Of a stretch of DNA of 64,000 nt, positions 46,675 through 56,244 are shown one piece after another. The position numbers were made by a program, and so were the translations under genes. Positions within the stretch are counted from its first letter, which is position 1. The number at the start of each line of letters is the position of its first letter. The stretch is taken from IMG/VR virus record IMGVR_UViG_3300025138_000016; one strand, 5' to 3'. Under the pieces are notes generated by a model, which had not been told where the DNA came from, searched no databases, and was given only the letters and a program-made list of their open reading frames with translations. Source of the stretch: a virus.

Positions 46675-47608
46675 TTCCGTTTTCCTGTATAGGATGTAAT
46701 TCATTTTTACCGTTCACTTGGTGAGGGTGTCTATGACCATCCTTTATTATCCAAAAGCCTCTATCGTGCCCTTGGTATATTAATTCCAGTACCGCTGCCT
46801 CTATGGCAGTACGTACCGCGTATGTCACTGATTCATTATTACCCACTCCGTCCTCTAATTCTACTAATTGTGTACCTTGTTCTACAAATTTAAAGACGTC
46901 ACCGCCTGCACCGTAGCTTAAAATAGACTTCTTAGTCTGGACATTCAATAGTACCTCACCAGTTAGAACTGAAACAGCTCTCATACTTACTGTAACGATA
47001 TCTTGACGATACCGTCTACTGAAACCAATGCCTAGTGTTCGTGCGCCGCGACCACCTGTTTTTACATTAGTATCATAACCTATAATTCCACCCTCGATAA
47101 TTATACCAGCGAATAAGAGTGGATTTAATTCTTTATATGTTTCTGCTTCATTTGCCTTTGCAAAGTCTTGCCTACCTGAACGAACAATCTGTCTTTCTCT
47201 AACTAGATTATCTATACCATTTCGTTCAACAACTCTAAACCAAGATCCGTCACCAGCTGTTTTAAGAGCATCAATAACCATCTCTGTACTACCTTGTGTT
47301 ACTGCTGTACTAAATGAAGCTAAGTTATCAACTGACTTTCTTTGACCAGTTAGATCTTTAAATGCGTATACTGCAACAACTGGCTTTTCATCTGCAGGTG
47401 GTAGTTTTAATAACTCTATAAAAGATGGTAGCTTGACTACAATAGGATCTTCAACACAGATGTATTTTCTTGACATGGCTTTATTGATACCATTTACTAC
47501 ATCTTTACTAAACCCTTCTTTATACTCACAATCTTTCGCGTCTTCTGACCACTGAGGTATAGAAGCACATCCGGAGAGCAGAACGATTGCTAAAATAGCT
47601 ATCCTCAT
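46658..47608 (-). CDS. csgG: Curli secretion channel lipoprotein
   Basis: Lipobox LSGC; VAVYAFKDLTGQRK, FSTAVTQG, WFRVVER.G..NLVRERQI, EGGIIGYD. Confidence 0.93.
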   Translation of the reverse strand: MRIAILAIVLLSGCASIPQWSEDAKDCEYKEGFSKDVVNGINKAMSRKYICVEDPIVVKLPSFIELLKLPPADEKPVVAVYAFKDLTGQRKSVDNLASFSTAVTQGSTEMVIDALKTAGDGSWFRVVERNGIDNLVRERQIVRSGRQDFAKANEAETYKELNPLLFAGIIIEGGIIGYDTNVKTGGRGARTLGIGFSRRYRQDIVTVSMRAVSVLTGEVLLNVQTKKSILSYGAGGDVFKFVEQGTQLVELEDGVGNNESVTYAVRTAIEAAVLELIYQGHDRGFWIIKDGHRHPHQVNGKNELHPIQENGNEKTN

Positions 47609-48087
47609 CCGCCGTCGCTATCCTGCCCGAAGTTTCCAGTGCCTACAGGTATTTCTATTATTGTTTCATTACCGTCTGAGTCAATGATGGTCATTCTAAT
47701 TACTTCTGTACCATTCTCTAGTGTTATTACTTCATATGTAACAACGTTACCTTCAAGAGTAAATGATCCATATCTGACTGAGCCGTCATTACTAAACATA
47801 CTCTCAACTAATTGCTTAGCCATTTGAGCATATATTCTTGATTCTAAGTTACGGATAAATTTAGCCATAACAGTATTGTTCTCTTCTCTCTCAGCAGCTT
47901 TTCTGGCTGATTCTAAAGCTTCTTCGATAGCTTTCTTTCTTGAGAACTCTTGATTTTCTATTGTTAAGAAATGGGCACCTGTCCCTACTCCACTGAATGA
48001 AGGGTTCTTAAACTTATGTACTATATCAGCCTGACTTACGTTTACTAGTACCGTTAGGCTTATCATCATTAAGCATCTTTTCAGCAT
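47605..48087 (-). CDS. csgF: Curli assembly protein
   Basis: Signal peptide then HKFKNPSFSG; adjacent to csgG; start may be 48069. Confidence 0.85.
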   Translation of the reverse strand: MLKRCLMMISLTVLVNVSQADIVHKFKNPSFSGVGTGAHFLTIENQEFSRKKAIEEALESARKAAEREENNTVMAKFIRNLESRIYAQMAKQLVESMFSNDGSVRYGSFTLEGNVVTYEVITLENGTEVIRMTIIDSDGNETIIEIPVGTGNFGQDSDGG

Positions 48088-48310
48088 TCTTATACCTCAT
48101 AACTACTTCGATCTTAGACTTTAATCTTATCATGTCTTGATCGAGCATTCTTGTTTTATCAATAACTCTAATTAGCGCAATGTGCATCTCACCTATCTTA
48201 GGGTCTAGCTCATCATTAATAAAATTCCATACGTAGTATATGAAATATGCCATGCCCATCGACATGATCACCGGGAAACCATACTCTGCTATTATCTGAC
48301 TTATTTCCAC
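48026..48310 (-). CDS. Small membrane protein
   Basis: IAEYGFPV + TM + coiled coil; resembles neighbour 48310-48606. Confidence 0.7.
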   Translation of the reverse strand: MEISQIIAEYGFPVIMSMGMAYFIYYVWNFINDELDPKIGEMHIALIRVIDKTRMLDQDMIRLKSKIEVVMRYKNAEKMLNDDKPNGTSKRKSG

Positions 48311-48606
48311 TAATCCCTTCTTGCGTCTACTTTACCGTCTTCTACAAAATTCTCGGCTCGTGATACTCGTTCTAAGTCAGGCGGTATATCAAGAGCAGCG
48401 GATACTATAAGATCTATTTTCATTAACTCATTACTCATTGTTGTTGAGCGAGTTTCTAGCATCTTACAGAAATTAGTTAATGTATCTATATCATCAACTA
48501 GTCCGCTTAATATTTGCTTAAGGATTATGAATATAAAAAGGCCAGCAGCCATTGCTCCAGCGATGGGAACACCGACTTCTGAAATTAGTGTTAAGAAATC
48601 ATCCAT
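48310..48606 (-). CDS. Small membrane protein, first gene of the curli-like operon
   Basis: ISEVGVPI + TM + coiled coil; late box at 48631. Confidence 0.7.
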   Translation of the reverse strand: MDDFLTLISEVGVPIAGAMAAGLFIFIILKQILSGLVDDIDTLTNFCKMLETRSTTMSNELMKIDLIVSAALDIPPDLERVSRAENFVEDGKVDARRD

Positions 48607-48655
48607 AAAATACCATAAGCTTAGTCATGGTATTTATCGTAATGGTGATGGGGAT

Positions 48656-50128
48656 CTAGTAAAAAACTTTAACGTCGTACTTCTCTTCGAAGCGCCACGC
48701 ATCCTCTACTGTATTGACCATTGGTTCACCTCTAATATTAAGAGATGTATTCAATAGAACGGGACAGCCAGTTTCTCTATACCATATCTCTAGAATTTGT
48801 CTAAAGATAGATTGCTCATACTTGGCTATTGTTTGAACTCTGCATGTACCATCTTGATGAACGATAGCTGGTAATGTCTTTTGTGTTATCTTAGTACCAT
48901 TAACAACGTGTTGCATATATGGTGTTTTAATATCAGGATGGAAATACTTAGCAGCATGCTCTTCTAGAACAGCTGGAGCGAATGGTCTAAACTTCTGTCT
49001 CTTTTTAATCTCATTAACCTTGTCTTTCATATCTGGTCCTCTCGGATCAGCGATTAAAGATCTATTACCAAGAGCTCTAGGACCAAATTCTGCTCTTCCA
49101 AATGCTACTCCACATACTTTATGTTCAAGTAAATGTGCAACAATCTGCTCAGCTAGTTGTAGACTTGTTCTTGTTAATGATTGCTCAGTCCTATGACCAA
49201 GGAAAGCATTTGTCCATACAACTTTCTTACCATAAGCTAATGCAGCTGCTCCTAATGAGGCTCCTGCATCGCCTGGGTTAGGCATTATCCATAAGTTACC
49301 TTTACATTGTTGATGTAGTTTAGTATTAGCAACACAGTTAAGGGCTACACCACCTCCATAAACAACATTATCAGATATCTCTAATGCTCTATCAAATATA
49401 TCTTTTAATTTCTCTTCTAATATTAACTGAGCATTAAAAGCAATATCAACGTCTCTATATTCATTTAACATATGCTTTAATGATACGTCAATAGGTATAC
49501 CTTTATGTAAGTTATAGTTAAAAAGATCTTCTAGCTTATCTAATAATAATGGCTCTACTTTACCAAAAGCAGCCATACCCATGAATATGTATTCTTCGTC
49601 AAGAGGTTTTAATCCAACGAAATGAGTTAATGCAGTATACCAAAGTCCAATACTATTAGGGTATCTTTCATTATATACTTTCTTATAAACAGCTCTGCCG
49701 CTCTTGTCATAGCTGCATTTCCATATTGTTGTACAATCCCATTCACCAATACTATCTACTACAACAGCAGCTGCTTCTTGATATGGTGATGTTTGAAATG
49801 TACCAGCAGCATGTGACTTGTGATGATGAAACTTAACGTCTGGTTTCCATGCTAATTGTCTTTTACTTGCAACAGTCTTATATTGACCTGAGTATAATTG
49901 CCTTGACTTCTTAAGAGCTGGTTTCTCAAAGAAAGCTTTCTTTTTAATATTAGGAAACCTCTCTTCTATATACGTTTTGAACTCAGGTGAAATATGCTTC
50001 TCATGTTTATTACCAGAGTGTCTCTCTGAATGAGATGCGAATACTATACTACCAGTATTGCCATTAATTATAGTCGCTGCAGCATCGTGAAAGCCTTCTG
50101 ACCAACCTAGGATTAAATTATCACTCAT
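48656..50128 (-). CDS. Carbamoyltransferase (NodU/CmcH family)
   Basis: Start at 50128 (MSDNLILGWSEGFHDAAA); HHKSHAA, GGVALNC, EFGPRALGNRS, RPFAP, LLNTSLN. Confidence 0.93.
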   Translation of the reverse strand: MSDNLILGWSEGFHDAAATIINGNTGSIVFASHSERHSGNKHEKHISPEFKTYIEERFPNIKKKAFFEKPALKKSRQLYSGQYKTVASKRQLAWKPDVKFHHHKSHAAGTFQTSPYQEAAAVVVDSIGEWDCTTIWKCSYDKSGRAVYKKVYNERYPNSIGLWYTALTHFVGLKPLDEEYIFMGMAAFGKVEPLLLDKLEDLFNYNLHKGIPIDVSLKHMLNEYRDVDIAFNAQLILEEKLKDIFDRALEISDNVVYGGGVALNCVANTKLHQQCKGNLWIMPNPGDAGASLGAAALAYGKKVVWTNAFLGHRTEQSLTRTSLQLAEQIVAHLLEHKVCGVAFGRAEFGPRALGNRSLIADPRGPDMKDKVNEIKKRQKFRPFAPAVLEEHAAKYFHPDIKTPYMQHVVNGTKITQKTLPAIVHQDGTCRVQTIAKYEQSIFRQILEIWYRETGCPVLLNTSLNIRGEPMVNTVEDAWRFEEKYDVKVFY

Positions 50129-50933
50129 TATTAAAAATTTCCTCAAACAAATATTCAGCGTATTTTTTATGCGCTTCTGGGCCTGGGTGATCGCCAGGCA
50201 TCTTATCATATTTATACGACTCAGTAAACTCATTAAATGACAGATACTGAGGTCGCTCGTGTGCAGAAGCGTCTTTTGGATTAGGTTCCGTAAATCCTAT
50301 CTTCTGTTTATCATTGAAACCATTTCGCATATCTTTATACATTCTATTAATACGTTTTAACCTATCACCGTAATTCATTAACCTCTTCTGAGAAAATGTT
50401 TTTGCTATTGTAAAGTTAACTGCTTGATGAAATACACCACCATAAGCAGTTATACCAGCTAGTACACAAGTGTTATATACATCTTTCATAAAAAAGGTTG
50501 TATCAAGTATAGCTCCTTCATTAGAATATACTTCATTATAATGAGTAATCATCTCATGCTTTTTTAACCTGAAAGGATGCGCATCAAGACGTGCTGGTGA
50601 GAATTGTGTAAAAGGATTGTCTGTTCTAAATTCACCTTCACCGGACGCGACAGCTTCCGGATCATCTAAGTCATACTGTAAGTGATAATCTAAACTTAAT
50701 ACCTCTACTCTCTCAAAAGCTGACCATAATACTAAACAATGAGTAAAGTCATTTTCTTGAAGAAGCTTTTCTTTAGTAGCTCTCCAGATTGCTTTATTAC
50801 TATTACCGGGTCTGGCTGTATTAACAACTTCACAGTCAAGCAGCTTACCAAGATGAGTTGACCATCTATCTCTTGCCGGGTCTTCTAATTCATCGCCATA
50901 AGTAAACGAGCATCCACTAACCAGTAATTTCAT
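50121..50933 (-). CDS. SGNH-like hypothetical protein
   Basis: GCSFTYG, PGNSN, C-terminal DHPGPEAH. Confidence 0.7.
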   Translation of the reverse strand: MKLLVSGCSFTYGDELEDPARDRWSTHLGKLLDCEVVNTARPGNSNKAIWRATKEKLLQENDFTHCLVLWSAFERVEVLSLDYHLQYDLDDPEAVASGEGEFRTDNPFTQFSPARLDAHPFRLKKHEMITHYNEVYSNEGAILDTTFFMKDVYNTCVLAGITAYGGVFHQAVNFTIAKTFSQKRLMNYGDRLKRINRMYKDMRNGFNDKQKIGFTEPNPKDASAHERPQYLSFNEFTESYKYDKMPGDHPGPEAHKKYAEYLFEEIFNNE

Positions 50934-51669
50934 GTTTATCCATAAAGTCTTTAAACCATTGAGCCATAAATTCGTGTGCTTCTATACCAGGATGTCCTAG
51001 CGACCATTCTGAGAATGGTAGATAATTCTCTACAACGAGACTATTAAATGATATAACATTATTAACACCAAAGTTAAAGTCATCTAATGATGCTTTTAAT
51101 CTTTCAATCTTTAATCTTGTCTTAACAATATTAGGCTCTTCTTTATCTTTCAGAATTGATAGAGTATGTCTTGTTTGTCTTTCAATATTAGATTTATAAC
51201 AATGAGATATATATGGTATATTTTTCGCTTTACATATTTGTTGTATAGCATTCATATAGGATAAAGTATCTAAGCATGCTTTTGTATCTGTATGTAAGAA
51301 CGAGTAGTATGATTCAAGAGCTTCTCTATGAAAGTATGAGTCAATATTCTGAACTGCTTGAGGTGTTATTTGATGAAGGTCAAATATTTCTGCAAACCAA
51401 TCACTCTCTTTAGGCATGAAACCTTCTATTCTGCCTGGATCAGACCACATAATAATAACTAGGTCAGGATTATTATCAGAAAGATAATCAATTGTATCTC
51501 TAAATATTCTCGCGTTACTAGAACCAGGAAGTGCTTCGTTAAGAACTTGTGTACCAGTTAAGTTACTTAATTTAGTTGGCCAAGAGTTTCTCTTACATGC
51601 TGCAGGCTCGTCGCCGTGAGGTGCGCATCCAATACCAAATGTATAAGAACATCCGTTCACATAAATCAT
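50917..51669 (-). CDS. SGNH-like hypothetical protein (paralog)
   Basis: NGCSYTFG, PGSSN, GHPGIEAH. Confidence 0.7.
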   Translation of the reverse strand: MIYVNGCSYTFGIGCAPHGDEPAACKRNSWPTKLSNLTGTQVLNEALPGSSNARIFRDTIDYLSDNNPDLVIIMWSDPGRIEGFMPKESDWFAEIFDLHQITPQAVQNIDSYFHREALESYYSFLHTDTKACLDTLSYMNAIQQICKAKNIPYISHCYKSNIERQTRHTLSILKDKEEPNIVKTRLKIERLKASLDDFNFGVNNVISFNSLVVENYLPFSEWSLGHPGIEAHEFMAQWFKDFMDKHEITG

Positions 51670-51671
51670 AA

Positions 51672-51815
51672 TTAATCCTCGTATATAAAAGGGTCGTTCT
51701 TTTTCATTCTCCAGATTTTATATCTGGCATACATATGTTTAAACCAAGCCGCTAAACCACGTTTACGATTTAGTCTATTAGCTTTTAATTGTTCTATTGC
51801 GTCTTGCTCGTCCAT
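51672..51815 (-). CDS. 47-aa basic protein ending KKNDPFIYED
   Basis: Own translation; fills the gap exactly with a TAATG overlap; DPFIY-type small ORFs often accompany phage carbamoyltransferases. Confidence 0.65.
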   Translation of the reverse strand: MDEQDAIEQLKANRLNRKRGLAAWFKHMYARYKIWRMKKNDPFIYED

Positions 51816-52474
51816 TATATTAACCTACTATGATTATCACCATAATGCCGAACTAAGGAAGTCTTTTCTATATCATCAGGACTAACTCTTCTACGATCTT
51901 CTGATTTAGGAAAACCTTCTGGGTCTTGAAACGCTACTGAGAACCTTCCATAACCCTGGTGTACTTTTGTTGGAGCAACTCCACTATGACTTACATCACC
52001 TGGAAAGATTGCTATACGTCCTGGTTTAGGTGCTGCAACTGCAATAACATCATCATCGTCATCAGCGAATGCAGTAAACCCACCCCAGTTTTTATTCCAG
52101 ACTTTATTAGGATATACCATAAACGTCTGTGCACTTGGAGTACCAGGTGCGTCTTTATGAAACATTGGTGAGTCACCAAACTTAAAGTTATTAATAAGAC
52201 AGCGACTGAATAAAGGAACTTCAATACCTCTTTCACCGAGTCTGTCTCTCATGATATTTTGCATATCATCTAACATCTTATGATACCCAACCCACTGCTC
52301 CCATTTAAGAGATCTACAAAGCGTAGCAGTTGATGCACCATAATCCATTTCATCGTATCCTAATCCCCACATGGTATAACTTCCAAACCATCCGTCCATT
52401 ATTTCGATTTCTTTTTCAGTGTATAGGTCGTCTACTAGGGTTAGTACGTCATGTATCTTTTTTATCTTCATCAT
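51815..52474 (-). CDS. 2OG-Fe(II) oxygenase
   Basis: FHKD, W...WGG, PGRIAIFPG...HSG...RFSVAF. Confidence 0.85.
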   Translation of the reverse strand: MMKIKKIHDVLTLVDDLYTEKEIEIMDGWFGSYTMWGLGYDEMDYGASTATLCRSLKWEQWVGYHKMLDDMQNIMRDRLGERGIEVPLFSRCLINNFKFGDSPMFHKDAPGTPSAQTFMVYPNKVWNKNWGGFTAFADDDDDVIAVAAPKPGRIAIFPGDVSHSGVAPTKVHQGYGRFSVAFQDPEGFPKSEDRRRVSPDDIEKTSLVRHYGDNHSRLI

Positions 52475-52601
52475 TTATTCCTTGAAAGATATGTCTCTCT
52501 AAGCGAGTCATTCTTGCTTCTAATTCTCTATATCCATCAAAACATTCTATAGGTATAGGTGGGTGTTGATCTTTTTTTAATTCTTCAATCTCTAATCTCA
52601 T
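52449..52601 (-). CDS. Small hypothetical protein
   Basis: Likely start Met 52601 (MRLEIEELKKDQHPP); the longer track ORF overlaps the next gene. Confidence 0.45.
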   Translation of the reverse strand: MRLEIEELKKDQHPPIPIECFDGYRELEARMTRLERHIFQGINDEDKKDT

Positions 52602-52806
52602 CTGAGTAATCAGACGGGTACTTTTCATCTCTTGGGATTTGCTTCGTACGATCTGTCTGTACTTTGTGTCCGTAGGGTGTTTCACTGCCAAACAGCTCCT
52701 TATGTACTGACCTGCCATGCACCTGACGGCGTCTGCTCTGCCTGAGCTTTGCTGCTTTAGATCTGCTTCGTGATTTTGGCATTTGAGGTCTTCTTATATT
52801 ACTCAT
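52585..52806 (-). CDS. Small basic hypothetical protein
   Basis: Arg/Lys-rich; ATGA overlap with the upstream gene. Confidence 0.55.
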   Translation of the reverse strand: MSNIRRPQMPKSRSRSKAAKLRQSRRRQVHGRSVHKELFGSETPYGHKVQTDRTKQIPRDEKYPSDYSDEIRD

Positions 52807-53561
52807 GAGTATTTATAATTCCCGGCTCTAATGATAGGTGCTTCCAATGCACTAATTCTATCTATTAAGTCAGTATTATAGTGTTGTTTATAATCCTTAC
52901 CATGACCTTTAGAATTCATTCTAGGTATCATAGTTAAAGCTAATCCAAAGTTCTGATAAATGAAATCTATTATACCATTATGATCGTTTATATCTAGCAT
53001 AAAGACAGTACCATTGCACTCTATACTCTTAGACATTGTCCAGAAAGCTTTAAATGCTCCAAAATTAATACCATTAATATTAAATGGTTTATTCGTACCA
53101 GTATAATATACTGGATTGCTTTGTTGTTCAACTGTAGTAATATAACTTTCAAATGTATCTAAATGTTCATCAACCATTTTTTTAATAACATCCATCTCAT
53201 TACCATGAGGTAGAACAAACTGACTATCAGGATATTTTTTATCATACTCTTCAGCTGTACCAGTGAAGTTTATTTTTTGTATTAACTTCTCTTTCTGATA
53301 TAGATAATTACTGTAATGTCTCTCCCATGGATTCCTAGTTGTTGTCCATAAGAAGTCTGATTCAGGCTGAAGTAAGCTTATCCGATTAGTAAAGCTTTCA
53401 TGCTGGTATATTTCTGTAGCTGATGCATGCCAATTACTACCGGCAATAGCTAATATATTTTTACAGTTAATGTCCATTATGGACCGCATAGTTTGACTGC
53501 CAGTTTTAATACCAGCTACGTACCATGCTCTATTACCTGTTTTAGTTTTTAGGGAATACAT
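52803..53561 (-). CDS. Sulfotransferase-family protein
   Basis: KTGSQTM (5'-PSB-like) and RNPWERHYSNY (3'-PB-like). Confidence 0.7.
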   Translation of the reverse strand: MYSLKTKTGNRAWYVAGIKTGSQTMRSIMDINCKNILAIAGSNWHASATEIYQHESFTNRISLLQPESDFLWTTTRNPWERHYSNYLYQKEKLIQKINFTGTAEEYDKKYPDSQFVLPHGNEMDVIKKMVDEHLDTFESYITTVEQQSNPVYYTGTNKPFNINGINFGAFKAFWTMSKSIECNGTVFMLDINDHNGIIDFIYQNFGLALTMIPRMNSKGHGKDYKQHYNTDLIDRISALEAPIIRAGNYKYS

Positions 53562-53749
53562 TACTCATAGTCATGTGATAACTGAACAAGTACCTTCCCG
53601 TCTTCTGTTTCCTTACCGTCAGCTAAAAGTAAATCATATAGACTATTAGCACCTATATGTATACCTGCTTCTCTGCCTGTTATATAACCGTGTAAGAAAG
53701 ATATGCCTATTAAAAATACATAAGCAATATTAAGTATCGTGTCGTCCAT
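53561..53749 (-). CDS. Small membrane protein
   Basis: N-terminal TM helix; coupled to neighbours. Confidence 0.55.
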   Translation of the reverse strand: MDDTILNIAYVFLIGISFLHGYITGREAGIHIGANSLYDLLLADGKETEDGKVLVQLSHDYE

Positions 53750-54230
53750 GTTCTAGTCCTATTGAGAACCCAGCTCGAGCAGCTTGAGGTTGAGGTGTAT
53801 GATTAACTGATCTAGGTATATACATTATATCACCTGGAGCAATTTGATAAGTTATATTATTAATAGAGAAAGATGTATTACCAATACCACCAACATAAAA
53901 TACATCTGCTGTATCCATATGCTCGCCTAAAGTTTTACAACCTTCAAATAATGAGACATAAAGATGAGTAGTAACATCACCAGTCCTAGGTGGAAATACT
54001 TTTACAATCTCTTGTTCCAATACCTTTACCCATTCGTATATTGTATAATCTATTTCTTCGATTATATAAGCACCAGGATCTAACCATATTGTTTTATCAT
54101 TAATACACTTATGGATATCTTCCCAATAACAATGCGCTATATTACTAACAGCATTAGCTATCTTGAGTGGCTTCTTCTCTTCAAAAGCCGTTGCGAGCTC
54201 TTCGCTCTTAAGCCAACTAAACGAGCTCAT
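53730..54230 (-). CDS. JmjC/cupin-like oxygenase
   Basis: EHMDTADVFY ... PGDIMYIPRSVNH. Confidence 0.7.
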   Translation of the reverse strand: MSSFSWLKSEELATAFEEKKPLKIANAVSNIAHCYWEDIHKCINDKTIWLDPGAYIIEEIDYTIYEWVKVLEQEIVKVFPPRTGDVTTHLYVSLFEGCKTLGEHMDTADVFYVGGIGNTSFSINNITYQIAPGDIMYIPRSVNHTPQPQAARAGFSIGLEHGRHDT

Positions 54231-54522
54231 TTAACCACCAATGCTTAATCATAGTAGGTTTCTTTTTACCTTGCATAATAATGACATGATGATCATCGGT
54301 TGCACTAGTACCATAATCGCTAAAGCGATCTAATTGAACGAGAGCTAGGTCAATAGTATTAACTACCTTTCTCTCTAAGATTTTATTTATAGCGTTCTCT
54401 TTAACAATACAACTAACAACTTCGTAGTGTGCTAGGTCAGCTCTTTCTTCTGGTGAGTTAAATAGCTCTTCACTATTAACACCCCATTTACTTTCATTAT
54501 AGTTCGCTTCAATATTAAACAT
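54217..54522 (-). CDS. Hypothetical protein
   Basis: 101 aa, GGAG RBS, in operon. Confidence 0.6.
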   Translation of the reverse strand: MFNIEANYNESKWGVNSEELFNSPEERADLAHYEVVSCIVKENAINKILERKVVNTIDLALVQLDRFSDYGTSATDDHHVIIMQGKKKPTMIKHWWLNELV

Positions 54523-55210
54523 TATATTCTTCTCCGATTTGTTTAGAATACCGTATTTTATCCTCTTCGCTCATTAATGGCAAGCTGCCTCTAGAAATCA
54601 TTTTGTCTAATGTCTCAGGCCATAAGTCACCATCCTGTCTCCAATAATTATAGAATGAGCCAAGCTCAGAATCTAGATCAGCATAATGGAAGTAATGTTG
54701 TATATGAAATTTGTTTAATGAGTTGTTGCCGCGATGATGTCGTGCCTTGCATCCATAGTAAAATAAAACATCACCAACGTGTAGTAAGCAATTGTTTATA
54801 GTTCCAGATGAATCTTCTACATTGATAGCCCATGGAGTGTTATCGTAAGCAATAGGTAATGTAACTGACACCTCACAAGGAACTCTATCTTGATGCGCGA
54901 ACATACCAGTTGTTTCTTCAGTATAAATTCTGCCCATGTTATAAGTAGGAACAGTTCTCATTCCCATATTCTCTTGTAACCAGTTTGTAAGGAATGCTTC
55001 TGCCTTTTTAAATGCAGGAGTCTCTTCCATATGCTTACCTCTAAACTCAATCGCTTTACCAAGCATAGGTGGTGACTTACCTAAGATGCCTCTACCCTTA
55101 TTATATTGTTCCATGTAAGCATTATACATACCATCGATAAGTTCTTTCGGCATTATATCACATGCAGTGTACATCCACTCGTTTTGGTATTGTTTATATA
55201 TCTGCGACAT
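54515..55210 (-). CDS. 2OG-Fe(II) oxygenase-like protein
   Basis: HQDRVPCEVSVTL ... GDVLFYYGC..HHR. Confidence 0.75.
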   Translation of the reverse strand: MSQIYKQYQNEWMYTACDIMPKELIDGMYNAYMEQYNKGRGILGKSPPMLGKAIEFRGKHMEETPAFKKAEAFLTNWLQENMGMRTVPTYNMGRIYTEETTGMFAHQDRVPCEVSVTLPIAYDNTPWAINVEDSSGTINNCLLHVGDVLFYYGCKARHHRGNNSLNKFHIQHYFHYADLDSELGSFYNYWRQDGDLWPETLDKMISRGSLPLMSEEDKIRYSKQIGEEYNV

Positions 55211-55605
55211 TAAGCTTCGTTATCCATATCCCAACGTACTAGGTTTTTTCTCTTTAATCTATTAACAAAGATTTTGTATTTACTTTTCTCTTCGTTCCAT
55301 TCGGCTAACCATTTGTGACCATCTCTCTCTGCATCAATAAATACAGCATTAGTTATCATCATCGGTATTAGGATAGCAGCATGTACGATAATGCTTGTAA
55401 CGATATCATAACCTAACCATCCTATATAATATATAGCAATGAGTCCAAACGTTACACTCCAGATAGTAAATAGTACTAACATAAAGTAAGCTTGTAGAGA
55501 AGGGTCTCTAACATACTTTAATGGATTGTATTTAACATCCATAATAAGACGCCACGCGTCAACTAAAAACATTATTGATCTTCTAAAGAGGTTTGGCTTC
55601 TGCAT
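55210..55605 (-). CDS. Two-TM hypothetical protein
   Basis: MDVKYNPLKY.RDPSLQ motif plus two hydrophobic helices. Confidence 0.7.
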   Translation of the reverse strand: MQKPNLFRRSIMFLVDAWRLIMDVKYNPLKYVRDPSLQAYFMLVLFTIWSVTFGLIAIYYIGWLGYDIVTSIIVHAAILIPMMITNAVFIDAERDGHKWLAEWNEEKSKYKIFVNRLKRKNLVRWDMDNEA

Positions 55606-55606
55606 A

Positions 55607-55936
55607 TTATTTACCTATAAATTTTAAATCAGATTTAGGTACAACTTGATATGCACCTTTATTATAAGCAGGAGCGATAGCATAGTTCTTACTCTCTTCT
55701 ATCTTCCAGCTGTTATCTACTTTAGCACAACCATTACTAACACTATTAAAAGTACCAGCTTTAATCATCTCTTCCATAAGAGACTTATATTGCTTTTCTT
55801 GCTTAGCGACAACACGCTTATATTGAGAAGTAGACTTAAAGTCTAATTTTTTCTTTTTAGGAGTAAGCGAAACAGTTTTACGCTTCTTACCATTCATTGA
55901 ATAACGAATCGAGCCTGAGTAGTTTAACATTCCCAT
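55607..55936 (-). CDS. Basic hypothetical protein
   Basis: C-terminal APAYNKGAYQVV motif seen in T4-like phages. Confidence 0.7.
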   Translation of the reverse strand: MGMLNYSGSIRYSMNGKKRKTVSLTPKKKKLDFKSTSQYKRVVAKQEKQYKSLMEEMIKAGTFNSVSNGCAKVDNSWKIEESKNYAIAPAYNKGAYQVVPKSDLKFIGK

Positions 55937-56205
55937 TATGTATGCCTATTGTAAGAGTTAATTAAATCTTCACCAGTAAGTGCTTCACCGAATCTAACAA
56001 CTTGGCCGTCATCTAAAGTTCTTTCAACAACACCATTATTATATTCAACATCAGTTACACATCTACCGTTAGAGGTATCTTGAGGTCTATCATCGTACCA
56101 CATTGAATTTAATCCATGAGCATGAATCTGCCTAACACCTTTCGCCCACTCTTCAGCAGCAATCTTAAGACGTTGCCTTTCTACTACATCATCATATTGA
56201 CTCAT
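55936..56205 (-). CDS. Hypothetical protein
   Basis: GAGG RBS; upstream TTGATA-N17-TATAAT promoter. Confidence 0.65.
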   Translation of the reverse strand: MSQYDDVVERQRLKIAAEEWAKGVRQIHAHGLNSMWYDDRPQDTSNGRCVTDVEYNNGVVERTLDDGQVVRFGEALTGEDLINSYNRHT

Positions 56206-56244
56206 ATTATTTCCTCTGTATATTCTATTATATACTCTTTCCTA

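Noticed and set aside
43625-48087. Host DNA contamination explaining iscU, iscA and csg genes
   Set aside because: The genes are overlap-coupled, share phage composition, follow a phage late box and are flanked by core phage genes; iscS, hscAB and csgDE are absent
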